DNA of 64,000 nt. It comes from an uncultured Candidatus Saccharibacteria bacterium. GTDB lineage: Bacteria > Patescibacteriota > Minisyncoccia > Phycocordibacterales > CSBR16-119. The position numbers and the translations under genes are program-made. The number at the start of each line of letters is the position of its first letter. The first letter of the stretch is position 1. The stretch lies in NCBI GenBank assembly GCA_964490365.1, contig CAZBAG010000002.1, forward strand, positions 73,486 through 137,485, read 5' to 3'. Below the pieces are notes generated by a model. It worked only from the letters and a program-made list of their open reading frames with translations, was not told where the DNA came from and made no database searches. This document shows, piece by piece, positions 57,009 through 64,000 of the stretch.

Positions 57009-57698
57009 ATGGATCAAGAAAAACAAGAAAATATACATAAAAAAAAGTTGATGGTTTCAATTCCTCAGGCAATTGTGGTGGCGGGTGTTCTTATTTCACT
57101 ATCGGTTATTTTTTCATCATCACAGTCATCAAACACTTCAGCTGAGCTTGGCTCAGTAAAACAGGTACCGATTCCTGAAGTTACTGAAGCTGACTTTATT
57201 TTGGGAAACAAAAATGCAGAGATTACTCTTGTAGAATATTCTGATTTTTCATGTGGTTTTTGTGCACGCTACCATCCAACCATGAAGCAAATTGTTGCTG
57301 AATACGACGGAAAGGTTCGCTGGGTATATAGACACTTGCCAATTTTTAATAAACCCGCAGCAGTTTCTGCATCGTGTGTTGGAAATACTCTCGGAGACAC
57401 TTCGTTTTTCTCATATACCGATACCTTGTTTGCAAACCAGAAAAATATCGACTCAGCCCTGCTAAAAAGGGAAGCTCTAGCACTCGGCATGACTGATTCT
57501 GACTATGAAGCATGTATTAATGACAAAGAATTGCAAGATACTATTACAAAAGAATTTACTGCGGTGCGGGTATTGGCCGGTTTTAATGCAACACCGTACA
57601 GTGTGTTAATTGATAAAAAAGGTAATATGCACCCATTTTCAGGTGCGTTGCCGTATGAAGAAGTATCTGCACTGATCGATTCATTATTAGCAAGTTAA
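57009..57698 (+). CDS. DsbA-like thioredoxin-fold protein
   Basis: EYSDFSCGFC, YRHLP, ATP (cis-Pro), GALPY. Confidence 0.9.
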   Translation: MDQEKQENIHKKKLMVSIPQAIVVAGVLISLSVIFSSSQSSNTSAELGSVKQVPIPEVTEADFILGNKNAEITLVEYSDFSCGFCARYHPTMKQIVAEYDGKVRWVYRHLPIFNKPAAVSASCVGNTLGDTSFFSYTDTLFANQKNIDSALLKREALALGMTDSDYEACINDKELQDTITKEFTAVRVLAGFNATPYSVLIDKKGNMHPFSGALPYEEVSALIDSLLAS

Positions 57699-57712
57699 TG
57701 TAGTTTTACGTT

Positions 57713-58537
57713 ATGGAAATTATTAAATCAGGTGGTGTTCCAGAACAATTTAATCCTAAAAAACTGTGCGATTCAATCAAGCACGCTGGTGCGCCAACAA
57801 AGGTTGCAGATAGTATTTGTCAGATGGTTGCTCAAAAAGTAAAACCGGGAATTACTAGTTCAAATATTTTTAGAGATTCACTAAGGCATCTTATAAAAGA
57901 AGACTTGGATATTGCTGTCAGATATTCTCTTAAAAGAGGTATTAATTCTTTAGGTCCATCAGGTTTCTTATTTGAGCAGTATATTGAGGCTGTTCTTCGG
58001 GCATACGGCTATAAAACACGCAGAAATATCATGATGAAAGGTAAGGGCGTTATTCATGAAATTGATGTTGTTGCTGAAAAAGATAATCAAACATTTCTTG
58101 TTGAAGCAAAATATCGAAACGAAGAAGGTATCCGCACTCATATTAATGAAATGATGTACGCAGAATCTCGGGTTCGTGACATCAATAACCTTGAACAAAA
58201 TAAGAAAAAAAATAAACAGTTTGTCCCTTGGCTTATCACCAATACGAAGTTCACCGATACTGTCATAAAATATGCAAAAACATATAACTTACTTGTAACA
58301 GGTTGGACGTATCCAAAGGGAAAGTCACTCGAAGATCTTGTTATTGCAAAGAAAATATATCCGGTGACCGTTATTCCATCGATGACAAAAAGCGCTCTCG
58401 AGGAGATTGCAAAGAGGGGAATGATTTTGGCTCAAGACTTGCTACCATATTCTGCAGAAGATTTAGCTTTAGAATTTAACATTAATCCATACAAAGCAAA
58501 GGCTATTTTCCGAGAAGTTCAAGAGCTTATGAAGTAG
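57713..58537 (+). CDS. ATP-cone + Mrr-like PD-(D/E)xK endonuclease protein
   Basis: N-terminal IIKSGG..EQFNPKKL (ATP cone); GFLFEQY, EIDVVA, VEAK, ITNTKFT. Confidence 0.85.
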   Translation: MEIIKSGGVPEQFNPKKLCDSIKHAGAPTKVADSICQMVAQKVKPGITSSNIFRDSLRHLIKEDLDIAVRYSLKRGINSLGPSGFLFEQYIEAVLRAYGYKTRRNIMMKGKGVIHEIDVVAEKDNQTFLVEAKYRNEEGIRTHINEMMYAESRVRDINNLEQNKKKNKQFVPWLITNTKFTDTVIKYAKTYNLLVTGWTYPKGKSLEDLVIAKKIYPVTVIPSMTKSALEEIAKRGMILAQDLLPYSAEDLALEFNINPYKAKAIFREVQELMK

Positions 58538-58579
58538 GGTATAATACAAAGGATTATAAATTTATTTTTTTAATGATAT

Positions 58580-59074
58580 ATGAATAAAAATTTACTTATT
58601 TCAGTTATTGTTGTTGTTGCTTTTGCGGCTGGTGTATACTTTGTCCTGCAAAATGCACCAGAGCGTGAAGTTATTAATAATCAATCAGAAACAGGACAAA
58701 CCGAACAATCTATGAATACTACACAAGAAACAGCAGATCAACCTATGGGAGAAGCTCCTGAAATGGTTGTTCTGAAAGAGGGAACAGGAGATATTGTTAC
58801 AAAAGAGGGCGACACGCTCAGTGTTGTCTATACAGGATATTTCACAGATGGAAAAGTTTTCGATTCAAATGTAGAATCTGGTCAAGCCTTTGAATTTACT
58901 CTTGGTGCTGGCCAAGTGATTGCTGGCTGGGATGTTGGACTTGTCGGTATGAAAGTTGGCGAAGTAAGAAGACTCAAACTTCCTCCAGCGTTTGCATACG
59001 GATCAAATGAAGTAGGTCCAATTCCTGCGAACTCTACACTTGTATTCGATGTAGAACTAAAAGCTATTAAATAA
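58580..59074 (+). CDS. FKBP-type peptidyl-prolyl isomerase, membrane-anchored
   Basis: YTG...FDS, VIAGWD.G, AYG, IPANSTLVFDVEL. Confidence 0.95.
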   Translation: MNKNLLISVIVVVAFAAGVYFVLQNAPEREVINNQSETGQTEQSMNTTQETADQPMGEAPEMVVLKEGTGDIVTKEGDTLSVVYTGYFTDGKVFDSNVESGQAFEFTLGAGQVIAGWDVGLVGMKVGEVRRLKLPPAFAYGSNEVGPIPANSTLVFDVELKAIK

Positions 59075-59079
59075 TCTCT

Positions 59080-59733
59080 ATGAATATTTCTCTTAAAGAA
59101 ATCTTTAGAACAAGTTGGAAACAGGTAAAAGCTAACTATAAATTTCTTATACCACTTTTTCTGATAGCAATAGTAATTTCTTTTGCCCTGAGTTTTGAAG
59201 GGGATGATATCTTTTCCTTGTCCGGTATTATATCACTACTCATTACTCCACTCTTGTATTTTGTAGTTACCAAAGTTTCGTTATACGTTGCAAGAAATGA
59301 AAAAATAGGATTCCACGACCTTTTTAAAGGTTTTAACCAGAGAACATATCTTCTGTTTTTGGCGATAAATATTTTTATGAGTATTGCTCTTATGTTGCTC
59401 ATTGGTCTCGGGGTTTTTGTTGCCTTTCTGCATCCGATTATCGGATCTCTTGTTTCGTTGGCAGTGCTCGTCGTAGTATCAATTATCTGTATTGGAGTAA
59501 TATTCTTCCCACAATTCCGTCTTATAGATGTAGGAAGCAGTTTTTGGCCTACGATAAAGGATTCTTTTATTCTGGGAAAGGGTAATAGAGTACTCCTTAT
59601 CAAGTTTGTCCTGATTGCTTTTGTACTCAATATAGTTGGGGCACTTTTGCTTGGAATTGGTTTACTTGTAACACTACCAATTACAACAATCGCTCTTGCT
59701 CATATCTACGAAAAAATTAAGATTATAAAATAA
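59080..59733 (+). CDS. Integral membrane protein (DUF975-like)
   Basis: Multiple TM; GALLLGIGLLVTLP. Confidence 0.7.
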   Translation: MNISLKEIFRTSWKQVKANYKFLIPLFLIAIVISFALSFEGDDIFSLSGIISLLITPLLYFVVTKVSLYVARNEKIGFHDLFKGFNQRTYLLFLAINIFMSIALMLLIGLGVFVAFLHPIIGSLVSLAVLVVVSIICIGVIFFPQFRLIDVGSSFWPTIKDSFILGKGNRVLLIKFVLIAFVLNIVGALLLGIGLLVTLPITTIALAHIYEKIKIIK

Positions 59734-59742
59734 TAGATACGT

Positions 59743-60525
59743 ATGGAAAAAACATTACAAGACAGTATAAAAAATGCCCTCGGAGTAGTTACTATTGTAC
59801 TCTTGCTTCTTGCCGCATTTATTATTGTTCAAATTTTTAAAGGGTTAAAACAAAAAGGAGATTTTGACACGATCACCGTCGATGCTTCAGCTGAAACATT
59901 TGCAACGCCAGATATTGCTGAAATTTCTTTCTCGGTTATTAAGGAAGATAAAGAGCTTTCAGTTGCTCAAGCAAACGTTGATATCATTGTAAAATCAACC
60001 CTTGTTTCACTTAAGGCGTTGGGTATTGAAGATAAGGATATTAAAACTTCTTACTACAATGCGAATCCTCGATACGAATATGGAAAAGCTATTTGTATGC
60101 AATATCGATGCGATGACGGAGAACGAGCATTGGTTGGATACGAAGCAAATCAATCAATAACCGTTACTATTCGAAACTTAGATAATGTTGGCAAGGTGAT
60201 CTCAGCCCTTGGCTCAGCAGATGTTTCAAATATGTATGGTCCAAATTTCCGAATTGAAAATGAAGATAGCCTGAAGGCAGAAGTTCGAGAAGAAGCTATT
60301 GCTAAGGCAAAAGAAAAAGCAAAAGTGTTGGCAAAAAATCTTGATGTTCGAATTGTCGGTATTGAAAACTTCTCAGAAGGTTACGGTGGTGGAATGTATT
60401 ATGCAAAAGCAGAAATGGCAGCAGGGGACGCAATGAACCAAGCAGCTCCAGCATTTAGCCCAACACTTCCAACAGGAGAAAACAAAGTTCAAACAACAGT
60501 AACGATTACCTATCGAGTGAGATAA
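59743..60525 (+). CDS. SIMPL (DUF541) domain protein
   Basis: PDIAEI, DIKT, AIAKAKEKA, GENKV..VTITY. Confidence 0.9.
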   Translation: MEKTLQDSIKNALGVVTIVLLLLAAFIIVQIFKGLKQKGDFDTITVDASAETFATPDIAEISFSVIKEDKELSVAQANVDIIVKSTLVSLKALGIEDKDIKTSYYNANPRYEYGKAICMQYRCDDGERALVGYEANQSITVTIRNLDNVGKVISALGSADVSNMYGPNFRIENEDSLKAEVREEAIAKAKEKAKVLAKNLDVRIVGIENFSEGYGGGMYYAKAEMAAGDAMNQAAPAFSPTLPTGENKVQTTVTITYRVR

Positions 60526-60562
60526 TAAAAGACAGAAAAAAGCGGGCCAGATGGCCCGCTTT

Positions 60563-60763
60563 TTATTTCCAAGGATTTATAGCCCTGTGTAATGGTGATA
60601 CATTATCCCAATCCCTTCGCAACTTTTCTTTATCAATTCCAAATCCTTTGAGTTTGGTCGGAAGATAAGTAGACAACTTTCTCTTTTGAGATTTGTCTTT
60701 TGGATAAAATATACCAACTACCCCAAAGATGGCCTCACGTATTGCTTTGAGTATGTACTCCAT
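60563..60763 (-). CDS. Small hypothetical protein
   Basis: 66-aa ORF bounded by terminators at 60536-60564 and 60799-60840. Confidence 0.5.
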   Translation of the reverse strand: MEYILKAIREAIFGVVGIFYPKDKSQKRKLSTYLPTKLKGFGIDKEKLRRDWDNVSPLHRAINPWK

Positions 60764-60837
60764 TGTTTATGGTGTTTGCTCTGTTTATATCATACTCTTA
60801 ATCAAACAAAAAATCCCGCGAGGGATTTTTTGTTTGA

Positions 60838-61080
60838 TTATTTTGAAGCGAAGTATCCAAGAGCGATACCCATGATTGAGAGGGAGCCGATAATTGGTCC
60901 TAATACCCAAGCAGTATCAGGTGCAAATACTACAACAATCGCGACGATACCCACACAAAGCTGTGTGATCGTTTTGGTTATTTTTGCAAATACATTTTCT
61001 TGTTTGAGAGGTGCTGATGACTTACTTGTTTCAGGAGATTTTTCTGCAACTTTTTTTGTTGTTCTTTTTACGGTTGCCAT
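60838..61080 (-). CDS. Small two-TM protein
   Basis: Basic N-terminus and two hydrophobic helices. Confidence 0.6.
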   Translation of the reverse strand: MATVKRTTKKVAEKSPETSKSSAPLKQENVFAKITKTITQLCVGIVAIVVVFAPDTAWVLGPIIGSLSIMGIALGYFASK

Positions 61081-61212
61081 AATACTTTGAAAATTCTTAT
61101 GTAAAAATTATACACTATAAAAAAATAAAACAATACAAGTTTTGCACAACTTTATGGTGCAAAAAGTAAAATTTAATTTCTGATTTTAGGTTTTAGCGAA
61201 TATTTTATTATG

Positions 61213-61241
61213 TTGACAAAATCTATAAACAAGAGTATTCT
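61213..61241 (+). promoter_or_regulatory. Sigma70 promoter for secE-nusG
   Basis: TTGACA-17bp-TATTCT. Confidence 0.65.
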
Positions 61242-61326
61242 CTAAATAACCCCGCGGGGGTTTTTTAGTAAGGGAAAACCTTATATACTACTCTTAGGGA
61301 TTAATAACTAATTTGGCGCTACCACT

Positions 61327-61503
61327 ATGAAATTTTTCACATATATTAAAGAATCGTTTGGGGAGATCAAGCATATTAAATGGCCAACAAAACGAGAAAC
61401 AGCAGCGTACACACTTGCAGTTATTGTTATTGCAGTACTTGTTGCGTACTATCTTGGTGTTTGGGATATTATTTTCACAAAAGGACTTGAGCAAATAATT
61501 TAA
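61327..61503 (+). CDS. secE: Preprotein translocase SecE (58 aa, not in ORF track)
   Basis: Manual translation MKFFTYIKESFGEIKHIKWPTKRET + TM helix; immediately upstream of nusG. Confidence 0.93.
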   Translation: MKFFTYIKESFGEIKHIKWPTKRETAAYTLAVIVIAVLVAYYLGVWDIIFTKGLEQII

Positions 61504-61509
61504 TTTTCT

Positions 61510-62055
61510 ATGGCAAAACAATCATTAGGAGAAAGAAATTGGTATGCAATTCACACCTATGCTGGGTATGAAAACGCAGTGCTTCGAAATCTAAAACAAC
61601 GAATCGAGTCTCTTGGTATGCAAGATAAGATTTTTGAAGTTATCGTTCCAACAGAAAAGAAAATAAAAATCAAAGGTGGCAAGCGCGTTGAAACAGAAGA
61701 AAAGATCTATCCTGGATACATTCTCGTGGATATGATCGTAACCGATGATTCTTGGTATGTTGTTCGAAATACACCACGAGTAACAGGTTTCGTTGGGGCA
61801 GGAGTGAACCCAGTTCCAGTCTCAGAGCAAGAAATCAATATTTTGTTTGGCAGAATGAAAGGAGACGAAAAGAATAAATTTAACATTGACGCTGAAGTGG
61901 GTGAGACAATCAAAATTGTTGACGGACCATTCAAAGATCTTGAAGGAAAAATCAATAGTATTGACAAAGAACGAGGAAAAATCAATGTATTAGTTTCAAT
62001 GTTTGGCCGCGAAACTCCAGTAGAGCTCGACTTTTTGCAAGTAAAGAAGCTCTAA
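61510..62055 (+). CDS. nusG: Transcription factor NusG
   Basis: WYAIHTYAGYE, YPGYILV, TPRVTGF, KOW GPF, FGRETPVEL. Confidence 0.98.
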   Translation: MAKQSLGERNWYAIHTYAGYENAVLRNLKQRIESLGMQDKIFEVIVPTEKKIKIKGGKRVETEEKIYPGYILVDMIVTDDSWYVVRNTPRVTGFVGAGVNPVPVSEQEINILFGRMKGDEKNKFNIDAEVGETIKIVDGPFKDLEGKINSIDKERGKINVLVSMFGRETPVELDFLQVKKL

Positions 62056-62179
62056 AGAGTTCTTGGCAAAAAGGGATAGTTAGTGTATAGTCATTGTGCT
62101 GTCTCTTGGAGATAAACTGGAGACACTCTTGTTCAGCCTCACACTTGTTCAAGAAAAGACGTATTAATTTAGATAGAAT

Positions 62180-62602
62180 ATGGCAAAGAAAATAACAAAA
62201 ACAGTAAAAATGCAGGTTCCAGCTGGAAAGGCAACACCTGCTCCACCGCTTGGTCCAGCACTTGGACAAGCTGGTGTGAACATCAGTGCGTTCGTGAATG
62301 AATTTAACGATCGTACAAAGCAAGATGTGGGGCACAAAGTTTCTGTGGTTCTACGAGTATTTGAAGACAGATCCTTTGAATTTGATGTAAAAACTCCACT
62401 TACAAAAAGTCTTATTTTGAAGGCTGCAGGACTTGAAAAGGGTTCAGGAAAGAATCGAACATCAAAAGTTGGTTCAATCACAAAGGCAAAAGTTCAGGAA
62501 ATTGCAGAGATTAAAATGAAAGATCTCAATGCAAAAGACCTAGAAGGTGCAATGAAAATTGTTTCTGGACAATGCAAATCAATGGGAATTGAGGTTAAAT
62601 AA
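62180..62602 (+). CDS. rplK: 50S ribosomal protein L11
   Basis: AGKATPAPPLGPALGQ, KMKDLNA, SMGIEV. Confidence 0.98.
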   Translation: MAKKITKTVKMQVPAGKATPAPPLGPALGQAGVNISAFVNEFNDRTKQDVGHKVSVVLRVFEDRSFEFDVKTPLTKSLILKAAGLEKGSGKNRTSKVGSITKAKVQEIAEIKMKDLNAKDLEGAMKIVSGQCKSMGIEVK

Positions 62603-62636
62603 TTAAAAGAACCCCTTTAAGGGGGTTCTTTTAATT
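62601..62636. terminator. Terminator after rplK
   Basis: AATTAAAAGAACCCC/GGGGTTCTTTTAATT. Confidence 0.85.
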
Positions 62637-62665
62637 TAGTCACTTTATAACGTATAATAGTAAAT

Positions 62666-63148
62666 ATGTCAGATAAACGACCATCTTGGGATGAATACTT
62701 TTTTGAGATTATTGACGCCGTGGCAAAACGAGCAACGTGTGATCGTGGACGAAGTGGCTGCGTAATAGCTAAAAATAAACGAATACTTGCGACAGGTTAT
62801 GTTGGCTCTCCTGCAGGATGTAAACACTGTGATGAAGCTGGTCATGAGATGCATAAAGTTACTAAAGAAGATGGAACAGAATCTAGTCACTGTATCCGAA
62901 CTGCTCATGCTGAGCAAAATGCCATAGCACATGCCGCATGTGTGGGCATTGCTCTAGAAGGCGCAACATTGTACTGCCAAATGACCCCATGTTACGTGTG
63001 TGCGAAGATGATTATAAATTCTGGAATTGAAAGAGTGGTGTCTCGCAATGACTACCATGCTGGTGCGCGAAGTAAAGAAGTTTTTGCTGAAGCTGGTGTT
63101 GCTTTTGAATTACTTAATAATCAAATTGAAAAATACGATAATCAATAA
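62666..63148 (+). CDS. dCMP deaminase (ComEB family)
   Basis: RPSWDEYF, HAEQNA, PCYVC. Confidence 0.93.
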   Translation: MSDKRPSWDEYFFEIIDAVAKRATCDRGRSGCVIAKNKRILATGYVGSPAGCKHCDEAGHEMHKVTKEDGTESSHCIRTAHAEQNAIAHAACVGIALEGATLYCQMTPCYVCAKMIINSGIERVVSRNDYHAGARSKEVFAEAGVAFELLNNQIEKYDNQ

Positions 63149-63162
63149 TAGTTCACAAAATT

Positions 63163-63495
63163 ATGTCAGTTGATCTAAAAAAGCTTCAAGAAGAAGTGAT
63201 GAGAAATAAGATAGAGAAGGGGTTTAATACCACTGATGTGGCACTTGAATTTTGTCGTGCCCATGAGGAGCTTTCAGAAGCTTTTGCAAAGTTTCACAAA
63301 AATGAAGACGGTGTTGCAGAGGAGTTTGCTGACGTTGCAATTTTCTTATTAGGCATGTCTGAAATTTTGGGCTACGATCTAGAAAAAGAAATTACAAGAA
63401 AGATAGAAATAAACAAAAATAGAAAATACACCAAAACAAAATCTCCTGACGGTAAAGATATTTTTATACGAGTAAAAACAAAGGAGGATAACTAA
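63163..63495 (+). CDS. MazG-like NTP pyrophosphohydrolase
   Basis: EELSEA...EEFADVAIFL...KIEINKNRKY. Confidence 0.88.
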   Translation: MSVDLKKLQEEVMRNKIEKGFNTTDVALEFCRAHEELSEAFAKFHKNEDGVAEEFADVAIFLLGMSEILGYDLEKEITRKIEINKNRKYTKTKSPDGKDIFIRVKTKEDN

Positions 63496-63509
63496 TTATT
63501 TAAAAACAG

Positions 63510-63537
63510 AAAGGCCGGACCCTTGGGTCCGGCCTTT
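63510..63537. terminator. Terminator between convergent genes
   Basis: AAAGGCCGGACC/GGTCCGGCCTTT. Confidence 0.8.
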
Positions 63538-63553
63538 GCCGTTTGATGTGTTG

Positions 63554-64000
63554 TTACTTCACTTCATCTTTCTTGATGATCGTCTGTGTTCCACGCTTGA
63601 TGTCGAATTTGTCCGGATCCATGTTGGCGTAGAGCCTCATGTTCGGGAACATGCTCATCAAGTCTTTAGCCCAGAACTGAGCGATTCTCCGCACAGTCGG
63701 ATGGACGGTCTGTGGAGTTCGCAGTTCAACAATGTAGACAAGGTGTGCGAGACCAACCGAGAACTCGATCGATACCTTGTAGCCCATTGGTGTCAGATAC
63801 TGCTTGTCTTCGAGCGAAAGATCGAGCGCCTCGAGTCTATTTTGGTAGTTCTCAAGCCATTCGCGCACTTTTGCTGCCATGGGTTCAGGCATCTGCTTGA
63901 GATACCATTCCTCGAAGCCAAGTCCGGTGGTCAGAAGTGGCATGCTCTGATTCATACTACGCTGACGATGTAAGTCACGGAATGAGCGGAAGTCGATGGT
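63554..64000 (-). CDS. thyX: FAD-dependent thymidylate synthase ThyX-like (5' partial)
   Basis: Frame open to the window end: IDFRSFRDLHRQR (RHR-like motif), QYLTPMG, ELRT..TVHPTVR. Confidence 0.75.
   Translation of the reverse strand, partial: TIDFRSFRDLHRQRSMNQSMPLLTTGLGFEEWYLKQMPEPMAAKVREWLENYQNRLEALDLSLEDKQYLTPMGYKVSIEFSVGLAHLVYIVELRTPQTVHPTVRRIAQFWAKDLMSMFPNMRLYANMDPDKFDIKRGTQTIIKKDEVK

Noticed and set aside
62090-62165. Possible L1-binding leader upstream of rplK
   Set aside because: A hairpin is present (TGTCTC/GAGACA) but I cannot match the L1-site consensus with confidence.
62666-64000. dCMP deaminase + MazG + ThyX as an anti-phage nucleotide-depletion system
   Set aside because: Adequately explained by ordinary dTMP supply and nucleotide house-cleaning; no defence context.

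Overview
This is an AT-rich, gene-dense bacterial chromosome segment that starts inside dnaN and ends inside thyX. Gene content points to Patescibacteria/CPR, probably Parcubacteria (inference): split comEC, shortened YebC and PolA, pilus ATPase, rplK with no downstream rplA, and many apparently leaderless genes. It holds about 70 CDS covering replication, repair, translation, competence, disulfide formation and a 2,779-aa repetitive surface protein, plus 7 tRNAs, a likely 6S RNA and many bidirectional terminators. The most unusual signal is a family of short non-coding elements attached to the 3' end of four tRNA genes (Lys-TTT, Arg-GCG, Arg-TCT, Leu-GAG). Each has an inverted copy of the host T-arm, a core hairpin capped by a covarying GA-NN-GAA-NN-GA motif, and a direct copy of the host tRNA 3' end. 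Two of them share an identical 85-bp core at different tRNAs. No integrase, transposase or CRISPR array is visible. All calls come from reading the sequence by eye; no searches were run.
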